Assembly: GCF_001194135.2 (NCBI RefSeq)
Contig: NC_068981.1
Location: 20,978,323 to 21,042,322, forward strand
Direction of reading: 5' to 3'
Source of the DNA: Octopus bimaculoides
Taxonomy: Eukaryota
Length of the DNA stretch: 64,000 nt
The notes under the pieces were generated by a model. That model had not been told where the DNA came from, searched no databases, and saw nothing but the letters and a program-made list of their open reading frames with translations. Below, in pieces: positions 33,786 to 47,344 of this stretch (the first letter of the stretch is position 1; the number at the start of each line of letters is the position of its first letter). Both the position numbers and the translations under genes were made by a program.

Positions 33786-36099
33786 TTATTAAACAAGTTT
33801 TTACGATGGATCGCGTTTATGGCTTTTATTTAAATTGATATATATATATAGATCAAAACAGTTTGATTCTAGAGTACCATACTGGCATGGGTTGGATGGT
33901 TTAATAATATTTGGCAAGCTGCAGGGCTGTCATCTTTGGCATGGTTTTTTATTCCTGCTAGCCCTTTCTAACATCAACCAATTTACAGTATATATTGAAT
34001 GTTTTGTTTCATGCCACTGACTTTAATGAGGTTCCAAGTAACTTGCAAGACAGGAAAAGAACAGGGAAAAAAAGGTAAAAAAAAGCTAAGTGGCTGGGTG
34101 GCATAGTTTGAAATGGGGAGGTGGTTTTATGCCAGATTTTGAGAGGCTAATGTATGAGAGAAGGACAAATAGACAGGTGTCCTACTATAGAGAAGATGCA
34201 TGGCTACCTCACATTGTATAAGCACTTGCAGGAGTAGCTAGGAAGAAGATAAAAATAGTAGTGATGGGGTATAAGGAATTTGTGGGGAGAGGGGGTAGTT
34301 TCATAATAGTGTGGTGGGGAGAGGGGGTAGTTTCATAATAGTGTGGTGGGGAGAGTAACATGATTAGAGATGTGGGAAGAAAGGATAATGAGAATAAGGA
34401 ATGGAAGGTTCTAGGGTGAGTAAGAGGTAACTTATAATGAAAAGAAAGGAGAGGAAATAACATGTACTGAGTGGCGCCCAAGGTAGAGAAATAATGGTGC
34501 ACTAGGTGTTAGAGGAATGAGATGTGGCATGGAATGCTTGATGGGGCAGAATGGGTCACAAGCATAAACAGAATGTTTTAGGAAACCATTTTTTACTGTG
34601 ATGGACAGGTCTTTTCAAGCACAGCGAATCACCAATCATCTTGGTTGATTGTCATCTTCTCTGTAAGGTTCAGCATCTTGAGATCAATCTTCACTACTTC
34701 ATTCAATATCTTCATGGGCCTTTTTCTTCAACAAGTTTCATAGTATTGGGTCATGTATTTACTGCCTGTCAGCTCTGGTATTTGAGACAAACATGAAACA
34801 CAGTAATTTGTTCTTTATTGCTAACTACTTAATTGGGTGTGGTGTTTGTTGCAAGTCTGCCTTTAACAGTAGTTTGAATATAATATTTCTGCTCGTGATC
34901 AAGTTGTGGTAACAGCTAAATCTCCTTCAAACTGTACCTTAACATCTTAAATAAAGGAAAATACATTGAACATTTTGGTCTCTGATATATAGATGTACAG
35001 GATGTTTGCAGTTGCAGTTGGCCAGCTGGAGAGCTCCATTTTTATGTTTTGGCATGGTTTCTATGGCTGGATGCCTGTCCTAACACCGACCACTTTACAA
35101 AGTGGACTGGGAGCTTTTATGTAGCACCAGCATGGGCACTTTTATATAGCACTGGCATGGGTACTTTTATATGGCACTGGAATGGACACTTTTATGTGGC
35201 ACTAGAATGAGTGCTTTTACATGGCACCAGACCCATGAGCCTGCAAGACTTGGATCTCTCATTTGAGAGAGGATGTAAAGGACATGCCTATATGCAAAAA
35301 AAAAAAAAAAAAGGACACATTAGATTTCCTTTTTTTTTTTTTTATCCGTTTCAGTCATTGGACTGTAGCCATGCTGGGGCACCACCCTGAAGAGTTTAGT
35401 TGAACAAATCGACCCTGTAACAAGTAGAATAAATAGCAGACTGAAAAATATTTGCAGTCTAGTACTTGTTTTATCAGTCTCTTTTGCTGAGCTGCTAAGT
35501 TATAGGGAAAAGGCACCACCAGTTGTCAAGCAGTGGTGGAGACAAACACAAGGGCACACACACATACACACACATGCGTGTGAGACAGACTTTCTTACAA
35601 TTTCTGCCTACCACATTCCCTCAGAAGGCATTGATTGGCCTGGGGCTATAAGTAGAAAACACTTGCCCAAACATGTAAGAAGATGGGATGGTCATAGATG
35701 GAATGGCTTTGATCATAGGTTTGCTCAATCAGGCTTGACTTGTATTAAACAACAATTAAACAAATTAAAACTAAGAGAAGTGTATTTAGAGATTTAGTGT
35801 TATACAGTGTTCTGTTAAGCTTTACTCATTTCAAACAAAATAGCCTGTGGAATGTTCCTTAGATATTTAGAAATCCTAGGATGAAATTAATATCTACAGT
35901 GATAGTAAAACTAGTATAAACTAGAATACTAATTTTACTATTATTATATAGAGATATAATATAATAGTAAACATAATATCTTAAATATTGTCAAACTTGA
36001 ATTTCTTAGTGTCATAATAGGAGCTGGCATCCATAGTGTAACAATAGTAAAACTAGTACCCTCAATGTCATTGGTAGTTAGTACCCTTAATGTAATCAT

Positions 36100-36282
36100 C
36101 ATCATCATTGTTTAACATCTACTTTCCATGCTATTATGGATTGGACGATTTGACTGAGGACTGGTGAAACCGGATGGCTACACCAGGCTCCAATCTGATT
36201 TGGCAGTGTTTCTACAGGTGGATGCCCTTCCTAACGCCAACCACTCTGAGAGTGTAGTGGGTGCTTTTACGTGCCACCGGCA
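36100..36282 (-). mobile_element. RTE 3' tail inserted in a degenerate minisatellite
   Basis: CATCATCATCATTGTTTAACATCTACTTTCCATGC...GATGCCCTTCCTAACGCCAACCACTCTGAGAGTGTAGTGGGTGCTTTTACGTGCCACCGG. Confidence 0.85.
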
Positions 36283-37022
36283 AACTAATATCTATATAAT
36301 AGTAATAAAAGTAATATCCTAATGTAGTAACAGTCAAACTAGTATTCTCCATATAATAGTAAAGCTAGTACCCGCTAATGATAAAACTCCTATCCTCTAT
36401 GTAATAGTAAAACTAGTGTTCTCTATGTAGTATTAGTGAAGTTAGTCTCCTTTATATAGTAGTAGTAAAGATAGTATCTGCTATCTAGTAATAATAAGGC
36501 TATGGATTTGGTAGAATGGCAGGTAACATAATTTGTTCCAGCCTTTATATTCTGACATCAACTCACCCTGTGTTAAACCTTGCCATTCATCAGTTCTTCC
36601 CAGTTTGAGCAAATTTAATGTCGGTTAAATATTGAGGTCAAATTAACTAATACTGCTAGGCGTCTTCAAACAAGAGACTGGTTGTTGAAGAATGGACACA
36701 GTATTGTTATGAGCTGCTACTTCAGCTTTATAAGAATTGTATCCAGCCGAAGAAGTAATAGTGAAATCAGTATTCTCTATTAAATATTGTCCTATAACCA
36801 AATCTTTTATTAATGAAATGGATCACTTCTTACTCAAGGAAATTCATGTACTTAACTGAAGTCTGAACCATAAAAATGCAAGTGAGAGTTTTAAAGACAC
36901 CTTATGTAGAATAGACCCGGTCAAACTTCGAGCTTTGATATTTGTTCCAATGAAAGGCCAAATTGATTTCAGAAAAATTTGGATTCAAAACTTCTCTTAC
37001 AATTTTATAGCCTATTTACGAC

Positions 37023-37024
37023 AA

Positions 37025-37087
<63 letters not shown>

Positions 37088-37111
37088 CACTACTACTACT
37101 ACTACTGCTGT

Positions 37112-37165
<54 letters not shown>

Positions 37166-37186
37166 CACTACTACTACTACTGCTGT

Positions 37187-37226
<40 letters not shown>

Positions 37227-37240
37227 GTTACTGTTACTAC
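37023..37240. repeat. (TAC)n microsatellite with CAC/TGC/TGT variant triplets
   Basis: Direct reading; the source of the spurious poly-Y, poly-L and poly-V ORFs. Confidence 0.98.
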
Positions 37241-37458
37241 CAAAGTGAGTGCTAGGATACTTGATTATGTATGAATAAAAATACCTTCAAAACAGGGAGA
37301 CAACCCTGAAATTTTAATTGGAATTAATTATGGAATGCAGGAGGCATCTTCGAGTATTTATTCCAGTTATTCTTTGAAGTTATGCTACTCAGTGTTCATT
37401 CATAAAACCTTATATCTCTTTCGTCATTTTAGGATTGTACAGGTATGGCTTGACTGTT

Positions 37459-37498
37459 CTCACTGATGAGGCCCTATAAGATTGAAACATGTTTGGAG
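37459..37498 (+). ncRNA. Degenerate hammerhead-like motif
   Basis: CTCA-CTGATGA-GGCCCTATAAGATT-GAA-ACATGT-T-TGGAG; the core and palindromic ACATGT are present, but stem II is poor. Confidence 0.4.
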
Positions 37499-38060
37499 TT
37501 GTCACTCCTCTGCTGCATTTCATATGTAATTAATTAAAATTTTAGAAATTCTTTTTATTGCTAGAATTAATCATTCAGGTAGTGATTATGTTCATCACTA
37601 AGAGTGCAGTTTTGATTAAATAAAATTTCTTGGCTTACTACCTTAAGTATAACTGCATTCTCTTTACAGCTGCCACAGTTATGTCATCTTGTCTTTAAAG
37701 CTGTCATGTTTAGAACAATAGAAAACAATTAAATTATTTATATTTTCCGATACTATTTTTAAGAAATTGCTTGACTTCTTTCTGTATCATGCAATGGAAA
37801 ACCACCTGTTTTTATTCTACTCATGGAACCTGACTTTACATGAAGTAACATTATGAATATAACTAAATCTAAAGACTTAGTCTTTGTTGTTGTAACAGTA
37901 TTGTTTCCTCTATCATAGACTGAAAGATACAAAGTTTAGGAGAGAAATATAGTTGATTATATCAAATGTTTTGGGTACTTATTTTATTGACCCTGCAAGT
38001 ATGAAAAACAAAGTCAGTGTAATTTAAAACCTTAAGGTGTTAAGAATTGTAAATAAATAA

Positions 38061-38466
38061 GCACAGGAGTGGCTGTGTGGTAAGTAGCTTGCTTACCAAC
38101 CACATGGTTCCTGGTTCAGTCCCACTGCGTGGCACCTTAGGCAAGTGTCTTCTACTATAGTCTCGGGCCGACCAAAGCCTTGTGAGTGGATTTGGTAGAC
38201 GGAAACTGAAAGAAGCCTGTCGTATATATGTATATATGTATGTGCATGTATATGTTTGTGTCTGTGTTTGTCCCCCCAGTATCGCTTGACAACCGATGCT
38301 GGTGTGTTTACGTCCCCGTAACTTAGCGGTTCGGCAAAAGAGACCGATAGAATAAGTACTGGGCTTACAAAGAATAAGTCCTGGGGTTGATTTGCTGGAC
38401 TAAAGGCGGTGCTCCAGCATGGCTGCAGTCAAATGACTGAAACAAGTAAAAGAGTAAAGAGTAAAA
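38061..38466 (+). mobile_element. tRNA-derived SINE, full length
   Basis: Same family as 32316-32730. Confidence 0.9.
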
Positions 38467-39101
38467 TATTGCTAGACATTTTCTTCAAATGCTGTATTGA
38501 TTCTACCAATCCACTTCTAAATCTTTAGAAATAATTATCTCAAAAACTTTAAGCATTGAATCTTCATGAATTTTTCATAATTCTTTGAAACCTTTTGTTT
38601 TTCTCTATCTGCACCATAATCCACAAATAGATGTTTTCTTTAATCCATATAATTTTCATTTCTTTTTTTTGCAAATTTCAGAATTTAAAAGCTGGTAATT
38701 ATGTAACTCCACTGAATATTCTATAAATTTCTGGTTTAACTTATTTAATGTGTGAAAGACCAGATCTGAATGCTGATTAAAGTTATTGATATGATAAAAT
38801 ATTCTGTTGATCATGTTAAAATAGAAATATGATTGGTTGATTAATTAAAAATTGATTTAAAATAAATAAAAAAAAAAAAAATTAGTTTGATACAGTTGCA
38901 TGGTAATTTTAATTACTATAAGTTAAATGACTGATTTCGTCATTGGATAAACAAGTCTATAACATCTACAGCAATGGTATATAAGATCATTTTAACATTG
39001 TTATATTAAAAGCATTTTCAAGCATCAAATTAAAAGAAAAACTTTTATTGTATTTTGTTGGAAAGTAATTTATTATGATTTTTTTTTATTTTTGCCCTCA
39101 G

Positions 39102-39125
39102 ATGACTATGTCCGGACACTGCAAG
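39102..39125 (+). CDS. CNEP1R1: Candidate 24-nt phase 1-1 microexon of CNEP1R1 (adds DDYVRTLQ)
   Basis: Long U tract then TTTTGCCCTCAG|ATGACTATGTCCGGACACTGCAAG|GTATAC; in frame with both flanking exons, but the donor is not optimal. Confidence 0.45.
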
Positions 39126-42100
39126 GTATACTTGCATTACTATCTGTTACCTGTTCAAGCAACTGCTTCTCATGGCATATATTTTCCTTGAATAGTAATT
39201 TAGAAAATGCTTTTCCAATATATAATCCCTCCTTACCTTCTTTGACAAGCATACTGTTTACCCCACTTAACTAATTATCTCTCTCTCCTTATTCTTCAGT
39301 ATTAATCCTTTATTTTCAATATTCACATATATTGGTGTATTTTTGTTTTTTTTTATATTTTATTTTTAACATAATGGTTTAAGATTATGGCGTTACATTT
39401 TCTTTTTTTTTTTGTTAAACAATTTTTCATATTAACTTGTTTATTTTGAATAAACCTTTCAGTATCTAATACGTGTAATATAATGTTTCCCGTGCTTGTT
39501 TAAATAAAATCTATGAGAAGTTATACATGCATTTATCCTGATAAATACATAAAAATAGATTTCTGAAGCAATTCATGTGGTCATGTCCTCTGAATTGGCT
39601 ATCTTTAGAAACTTTTCTTATTTTCCCATCCTTAAATTACATTTAAGAGCTGTGGATTGACAAACATAGCAGTGGAGAAAATGCCCTGCAGTATTTTAGT
39701 TCTACATTTTCAGTTCAAAATCCCATCTGGATTTGTTTTTTATACTTCCAGATTTAATAAAACGAGTAGCAGTCAGTTACTAGAGTCTGTTGCAATCAAT
39801 ATTTTTCTCACTATAATTTGTGATCTTGTAACCTTACTTTAAATCATATCACAGATATGGCTTTGTGGCTATATTATCAATTTATTACTAATGTTATGGA
39901 TGTAGCTTGGCAGATTTGATAAGAGTGTCAGACAAAGTGCTTTGTAGTATTTAACTACAAGGATTTATTTTCTGAGTTCAGTTCCCACTGATGTCAGTTT
40001 TACCTTTCAATTTCTGTTTGTTCTTACTTATATCTATGTAAGAAATCAATATTTATTACAAATGTATATTATATAAGTTACTATGTTGGTGTTGACCAAT
40101 TGAAACCTTATGTTATCATTCTTGTTATAATAAGATTTTTAATTAGAATTTTACTTTAAATATGGATATTTTAGTGCGGGTAGTGTCAGATGGTTTGGTA
40201 TCTTTCTTCTGCTCAGAATCCTATAGTTTTTTCATAGTGCCTTGATGTTACAATTTTTCCTTTACTTCATTGAATATATTATTGTATGTCATTTGAACAC
40301 TAAATACGGAACTGTTAATACTCTATCCTCCTTAACTTTAGAATTATTTAAGAATATATAAGAAAGACTTCAGGCATACATGGCTGGTAATTGTGCTGTT
40401 TAGAACTATATTTAATTTTTCTTTTTGACTAAAGTTGTCTCCAGAACAGTGTTTATGTTAAATTCACTTAAAACCTTCAGAATCAACCTGTGCTACATGA
40501 GAGATGTCTGCAAATTTGTTCCAACATTAAATACTGCCTCTTAGTATGCCCTGAAAATTTTATGTTAGTTACCTATTTTTATTGTTTTGACCACTAGTAT
40601 TTCAACTTCACTTCATTCACCTCATCTAGTTGATTCTGTTTAACTTTATTCTGGACAATTCCATTATTCACTTAATTGCATATATTTTTAAAACCCCAAA
40701 TTATTTAGCCTCAAATCTGCATAAAATTCACTGATTATTTGTCAGTCCTTCATTTAAAAAAATAGGTAAATGTCGTATGAAATCGAATATTTAATTTCTT
40801 TGATATGTATGAAATGATTCTGGGTGCTCCCAGTTTCATGACTTAAAGTGATAGCTTTCAGTATTTTGTATTTACAAACATTATCTTCATTTTATGTTCA
40901 CATTTCACTCTGGCGTGTGTTGAATGGGTTGTCATGATCAAAGTTAGTTCATTTTTGGAATTATTGTCCTCTTAGAAGGATCAGGACTATGTCTTGTTCA
41001 TGTATTCTATTTTTGGCATGGTTTCTTAGGTTAGATGCCTTTCTTAAAAACCAACTACTTTATAGTATTTACTGGATACATTTTGTAGTGGCTCCAGCAC
41101 TAGAGGGGTTGTCATAACCTCAAGAGGACAAAACATTTTGGTTCTCTGGATCCTATGTTGTCTCTGCTGATTCACCAACAACTTCAATGAGTATTCATTT
41201 AATGTGAAGTTGTCTTGTCCTCCACAAGACAAAAGAATCCTTACTATTATTCTATGATGTATTTGTCCATTCAAGGTTATGTGAACAAGATAGTGAGTAG
41301 AAAAGAGGAGAATTGTAGGAGATGAGCTAGGGTGAGTAGAAGAAAGAAGTGAGAGTATGACGAGAAAAACAGATTCATCAGGGTGGTAGAGAAGGAAGAT
41401 GTGGAAGAGACAGGTCTAGGGTTAATGAAAGAGAAGTATTAATGGTGGGGTGTAATGAGAGAGAGAGGGTGATGTTTAGTTGTTGAAATGGTTAAAGTAA
41501 GAGAGAGCAATGGATTAAATAGCAAATGACCTGAGTAGGAGTGGTGGCCAGCAGTTCAGGTGAGCAAAAAGGAACAGTGTATTGGATACCAACAGATTTA
41601 ATATAAACTCTCACCACATAGGTATTGTACTGGAATGAAAAGAGGAGTAATATGGATGGTGATAGATGGAAGGATTGAGTATAGGGAAATCTAGTGTTAT
41701 TCTTCATTACAAGTTTGGGAACTAATGTTAAGAGAGTTAAATATATTCAGGTTAGTCTTACCATTTCAATGAGTGAAAGACTAACAAAGTTTGGATTCTT
41801 GTGTACTATGAACTTGTTTTTTAATTGTATAATAGAATTTTTCCTTAAATAAATTTTTGAAGATAGTTCTGAATCAAATGGTGAATGGACATCATTGTAT
41901 TGTTTCCGTTATCATCTACATTAGCCTCTGATTGACCAGTTTAAATTTTTCTTAACCTGCATAGCCTTAGTTATTGTCATTGAGTAACTGAAATTATGTG
42001 TAAGTCTTTGTTGGAGTGTATGAATTTGGGTCATTGAAGAATATCAGAGGGAGTTAAAAAACCTTACATGGAACTAAATCTAATGATTGTCGTAGTCATA

Positions 42101-42319
42101 CTGATACATATGAATAAAAAATAAAGCAAACAAAAAATAAACTAAGTGGAACATAAGTAAATTATGTGTACACAGTTGTTGTCTTATAAAATAATGGACT
42201 TGGCATTACTGAGCTCAGAATAAACCCATATGTTGCTTTCTAGTCCTTATAAGGCATATGGATCAATGTTTATGTCATATTTATTAAGAATAGTTTAGTG
42301 GGGAAATAAAAGTAAGAAA

Positions 42320-43200
42320 AATGGCTGTTAAGAGAAAAAGAAAAGTCTTGTTAATTGCTGACAAGTATGAAATAGTTACTCTACTTGATCAAGTGTCTCA
42401 GGCAAAGGTGGTAAAATAATTGGGGTTTTTTCCCCGAGCCATGAAAGAAGAAATTATTGCAGCCTATCAATTTAAAGCAAATCGAAACAGAAATGTAGAG
42501 ATCTGGAAAAAGATGCTTATCTAGATGAGGAATTATCCTAATAATTCATCACTGTTAAACCCAGAGACATTGTTATCTAGACTAATCCTGTCAGAGAAGG
42601 CCAAAGATTTAGCAGAGCATCTAAACAGGATTAAGTCTGTCTCTGTGAGTGGCTTGTTGTCTTGATGGAAAGGCAGACATAACATTGGATTCAAGAAGCT
42701 TCATGGCGAGAAGAAAGATGTTAATGTAAATATAGCTGATAATTGAGAATCTAAAAACATGCAGTCTAATAACATCCACAGTGCAGACAAACCTGGACTT
42801 TGAGGTGGTATTCTTGTACATGATATGGTGAAAAGAAGAAGATTTAAAGAAAGCAAAGTTAGTTTCAATTATGGGAATTATACCAACATGTCAAGAAGAG
42901 ATGAAAGAAAATGAATTACTATTAACTGGGAAAAAGTAAAAGACCCACATACTTCTGTGAATTATAAAACTAGTAGGAATGCTTAAATGAGTGGATAAAT
43001 ATTTACTATATGATTTGGGGAATTTGTCAGAGAGGTGACCCAGAAGAAGAGAAACTGGTGTATTGCTTGTTGACAATTGCAAATCTTAAATGTATCAAAC
43101 TACTGTTTCTTCCATTAAACACATTACAGAGCTTTGAAATCATTACATAGAGTGGCCTTTGTCTGAAAGCTGTGTTTTTTTTCCTTTCACATTGATGGTC
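42320..43200 (+). mobile_element. Degenerate pogo/Tigger (CENP-B-like) transposase remnant
   Basis: MAVKRKRKVLLIADKYEIVTLLDQ and SGLLS*WKGRHNIGFKKLHGEKKD resemble Tigger HTH motifs; many stops. Confidence 0.65.
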
Positions 43201-43219
43201 ATCTAGAAGCAAAAGCAAA

Positions 43220-43490
43220 TGACCTCCCATGCTGGTGGCACATAAAAAGCACCATTCAAGTGTGGTTGATGCCAGTGCTGCCTGACTGGCCCCCATGCCG
43301 GTGGCACATAAAAAGCACCCACTACATTCTTGGAGTGGTTGGCATTAGGAAGGGCATCCAACAGTAGAAACCTTATCAGATTAGATTGGAGTCTGGTGTA
43401 GCCTCCTGGCTTGCCAGTCCTCTGTCAAGCTGTTCAACCCATGCCAGCATGGAAAAGGGACATTAAACGGTGATGATGATGATGATGAAT
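43220..43490 (+). mobile_element. RTE 3' UTR/tail (further + copies at 46140-46430, 46790-47070, 55880-56030, 59250-59585 and 59990-60258)
   Basis: Tandem unit plus TAGGAAGGGCATCCA...TTAAACG(GAT)n. Confidence 0.85.
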
Positions 43491-46400
43491 AACTGTTTAT
43501 CATATTCATGGAAAATAATGCAAGGTCGCAAAAAAAATTGTCATTATTAACCAACCTTAAATTAACATAAAATTTTTATGGATGGTTTGAATTTAGATCA
43601 TTTTAAGAAGTGTGTATCATAGACCAGGGACAGTTTCATGTGAGTGTGTATCAATCATTAGCAACTAGAAGTCATGAACAATTAAAGATCACGAAATTTA
43701 TCAACTGGATTAAAAATGTCATGTTAGTGTAACTACATATTTATCTCTTCTTGAGTCTTGCACAGGAAGAAAATGGATTAAAACATATATTTGAACAAAT
43801 GAAACTTTAGAAAATATAAGAAATAATTTGTTGTAGATCAATTTGAAGAAAATTTGTTGTAGATCATTTGAAGTTGATCAGTAATAATTTTGCAATACAT
43901 CAAATCAATAAATATTATTTCTTGCCACTTCAAACCAACATCTCTTCATGTTTAACCCTTTTGTTACCATATTTCTATTGAAATACACAGACTTTGTTAC
44001 ATTATCTTGCTTATTTTATCAATATTAAAGGAGAATGAAAGGCAATCAACTGGGCATAAAAAGAAGAAACTAGCACAGATTGGAATATAACCTTTGTTGT
44101 GCCACTCAACAACCTGTTATTTTCATTAACAGTGACTAATGTTCTCTAAAGTCTATAGAATAATTCTTGTAGCTTTGATTAACATAAAAAGCAAAACATT
44201 ACAGCTTCATTTCATCACTGGCTTCCTTCTTCTCTGAACAATTTGCTATCCTCTGGTGTTTTATCAACCAACCACCTCTGTATGTCTGTCTGTTGTAAAT
44301 CCTTCCTTGTCACAGTTACATTCCTCCCCTGCTTCTCTTATTTTAGCTGTCACAGCATTTATTATACTAATTTCTCTTAGAATCTTTATACCCTGTAGTG
44401 GCTTTTACAGCTTGTGAAAACAATCTTTTTATCACATGCAGCTACACACTAATTGAACCAACAACAAAGTCACTACATGATTGTTCAACAAGCTTGGAAT
44501 AGCAGACAAATCTTCATCAAATTACATCCTACTGTTAAAAAAGAGAAAAGGAAGGGCACTCTTGATAATGATACTCACTGTGTCTAAAAAAAAAAAAATG
44601 GGTGATGGGATGGTTATTGTTGGAATATATTAAATCACATGTCTGTCCTTTCAGAGCTGTGGGTTTTAAAACAACAGTAATACGCTAAATTATGGGGGCA
44701 AGACCCTTATAATGGATCCTATAGGAAGCTGCACCAAATAATGGACGAGGTGTTTCTTATTTATTGTATGATGGTATATTTGTTTTTCTCTTCATACATC
44801 ACACAACCCATGTAACACTCCACTTGTGTTGTACAGCATCGTGAAGAATGCGCATCTAAATGGTCAGTCAAGCAGTTAGAAATGTCAGCCAAATCTCCTT
44901 TGAATTGCATCCTGCTATTTTTAGTATAGGAAGGATACATTGGATAATGCAATCCTGTGCTATGTTTGAAAATAAGATAAGATTATCATGTTTGAAATGC
45001 CTTGCATTCTATAGGTCATCTCAATCAGAGCAGACTTGAGACTATGCAATATCAGCAACAGCAGACCCAGCATGCCATATCTGCACCTTACTTGAGCTTG
45101 ACCTTATTACTTAACACCATTCTCTCCCATTTTCTATATACACAAATCAAAAGTTGTACATTAATAATGTGGCTGAGGGGAAAATACCTTGAGTGAGTGT
45201 TCTGCATACTAATTACAAATATGATTGAGTCCTACATATGAGCATTTAGTAGGCAAAATTGTTCTCTCAAGTGTGTTTGAAATCTAAAACCAACATTCAA
45301 GGGGCATAACTTCTATAGGATCAATTAATTGAAATTTTTGGACAATATCCCCCCCCCCCCAGCTATGTTGTAGTATTCTTTATCAGTGTCACTGCACTCT
45401 CTCTCTCTTATATATATATATATATATATATATTACTCTATCTTGCCAACTGAGTAGATTATGATTTACTCTGGAGTTTTAATAATACTGAAACATGTCC
45501 ATTGCTTTTGCCAGTTGGCCTCTTAAAACCAGATCCTCTCAAAATTGCAACACCTATATTGTCCCAATACTTTGATCAGCTGATTTTGTGGGGGTCACCT
45601 CCTTGGTTACTTGCTTTAAATTCTAAACACTCCTGGAGGAAGTATTTGTCTACTAATTGCTTGGATAATCTCAGTTAAATAACGGTTTTTTTAAATTTAC
45701 TATATTATATCTGAGACCTTACCATTGTTTGCTACAGTCTATATTACCATAATAATGAAAGTTTCACCTACTTACCTAACCAACATTTATGATTATAGTT
45801 TTACTAAATATTCACTCTTTGTCTTCACATATACATAACTCTTTACTGCATACATACATCTTGGCTGATTACACACATTTCTACTATATGCATGCATAAC
45901 CACAGTAAGCATGCATCTATACTGTATACAAGCATCTCTACTGTATGCATGCGTTTCTACTATATATATGCAACTCTAGTTTACATGCATCTCTGCAATG
46001 TATATGCATTTTTAAGTATCATATCTACTATATATATATATATATNNNNNNNNNNNNNNNNNNNNNNNNNNNNNNNNNNNNNNNNNNNNNNNNNNNNNNN
46101 NNNNNNNNNNNNNNNNNNNNNNTATATATTATATATATATGAGTGTGGTCGATGCCAGAGCCTCCTGACTGGCTCCTGTGCTAGTGGGACATAAAAAGCA
46201 CCATTCGAACATGGTCGATGCTAGTGCCACCTGCCTGGCCCTCATGCTGGTGGCTTGTAAAAAGCACACTACACTCTTGGAGTGGTTGGCATTAGGAAGG
46301 ACACCCAGCTGTAGAAACCTTGCCAGAACAGATTGGAGCCTGGTGCAGCCTCCTGGCTTGCCAGTCCTCAGTCAAACTGTCTAACCCATGCCAGCATGGA

Positions 46401-46750
46401 AAGCAAACGTTAAGCGGACGACGATGATGATATTATAATCATTGTTTCATCATTCACTTTCATTGCTTGCATTGGTCAGATGAAATTTGAGGCAGCATTT
46501 TTACAAGTGGATGCTCCTCTTGTTATCAACTCTCTGTACATCAAAAATACTAAAAACGTAAAACCTAGTTACAACATAAGCATTTCATTTCCACTCTATA
46601 CACAAACCACAGTATTCCAGAACAACTACAATGCTATCCTCCCCACTCGTGCTCTATTCTAACACTACTCTAATATCAGAGGAGACTATAACCTTCACTC
46701 ATTTCAGATAAATGCAAATCTATCTATCTATCTATCTATCTAATCTATCT

Positions 46751-46781
<31 letters not shown>

Positions 46782-47344
46782 ATATAGGTTAATGCCAGTA
46801 CCCCCCTCCCCAACTAGCTCCTGTGTCAGTGGCACGTAAAAAACACCATCCCAACGTGGTCGATGCCAGTGCTGCTTGACTGGCTACCATGCTGGTGGCG
46901 TGTAAAAAACACCCACTACACTCTCAGAGTACATGGCGTTAGGAAGGGCATCCAGCTGTAAAAACCTTGCCAGATCAGACTGGAGCCTGGTGCAGCCTTC
47001 TGGCTTGCTAGTCTCCTGTCAAACAGTCCAACCTATGCCAGCATAGAAAACAAACGTTATACAATGATGGTGAGTTTTTTTTTTTTACATTTATATCTGC
47101 AGCATCAGTAATGCTTACACCCACAATGCTCATAACGCTTATATTTACAACGCCCCAAACACTTTCATATACAATGCTTCTTCACTCCCCCCAGTAGAGG
47201 CAACGACCTTAACAATTCTAATATTTGAATGATGGTAGGTTAAAAGCAAGAACAACTATTATGATAGCTGTTACCAAATGATCACATGAACCTTCTTTTC
47301 AGGTGCTGAATAACATCTCCCCTTCCTGTGTTACCCCCCATATT

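Noticed and set aside
36935-37255. Poly-Tyr, poly-Leu and poly-Val ORFs
   Set aside because: Translations of the (TAC)n microsatellite; no splice or start context.
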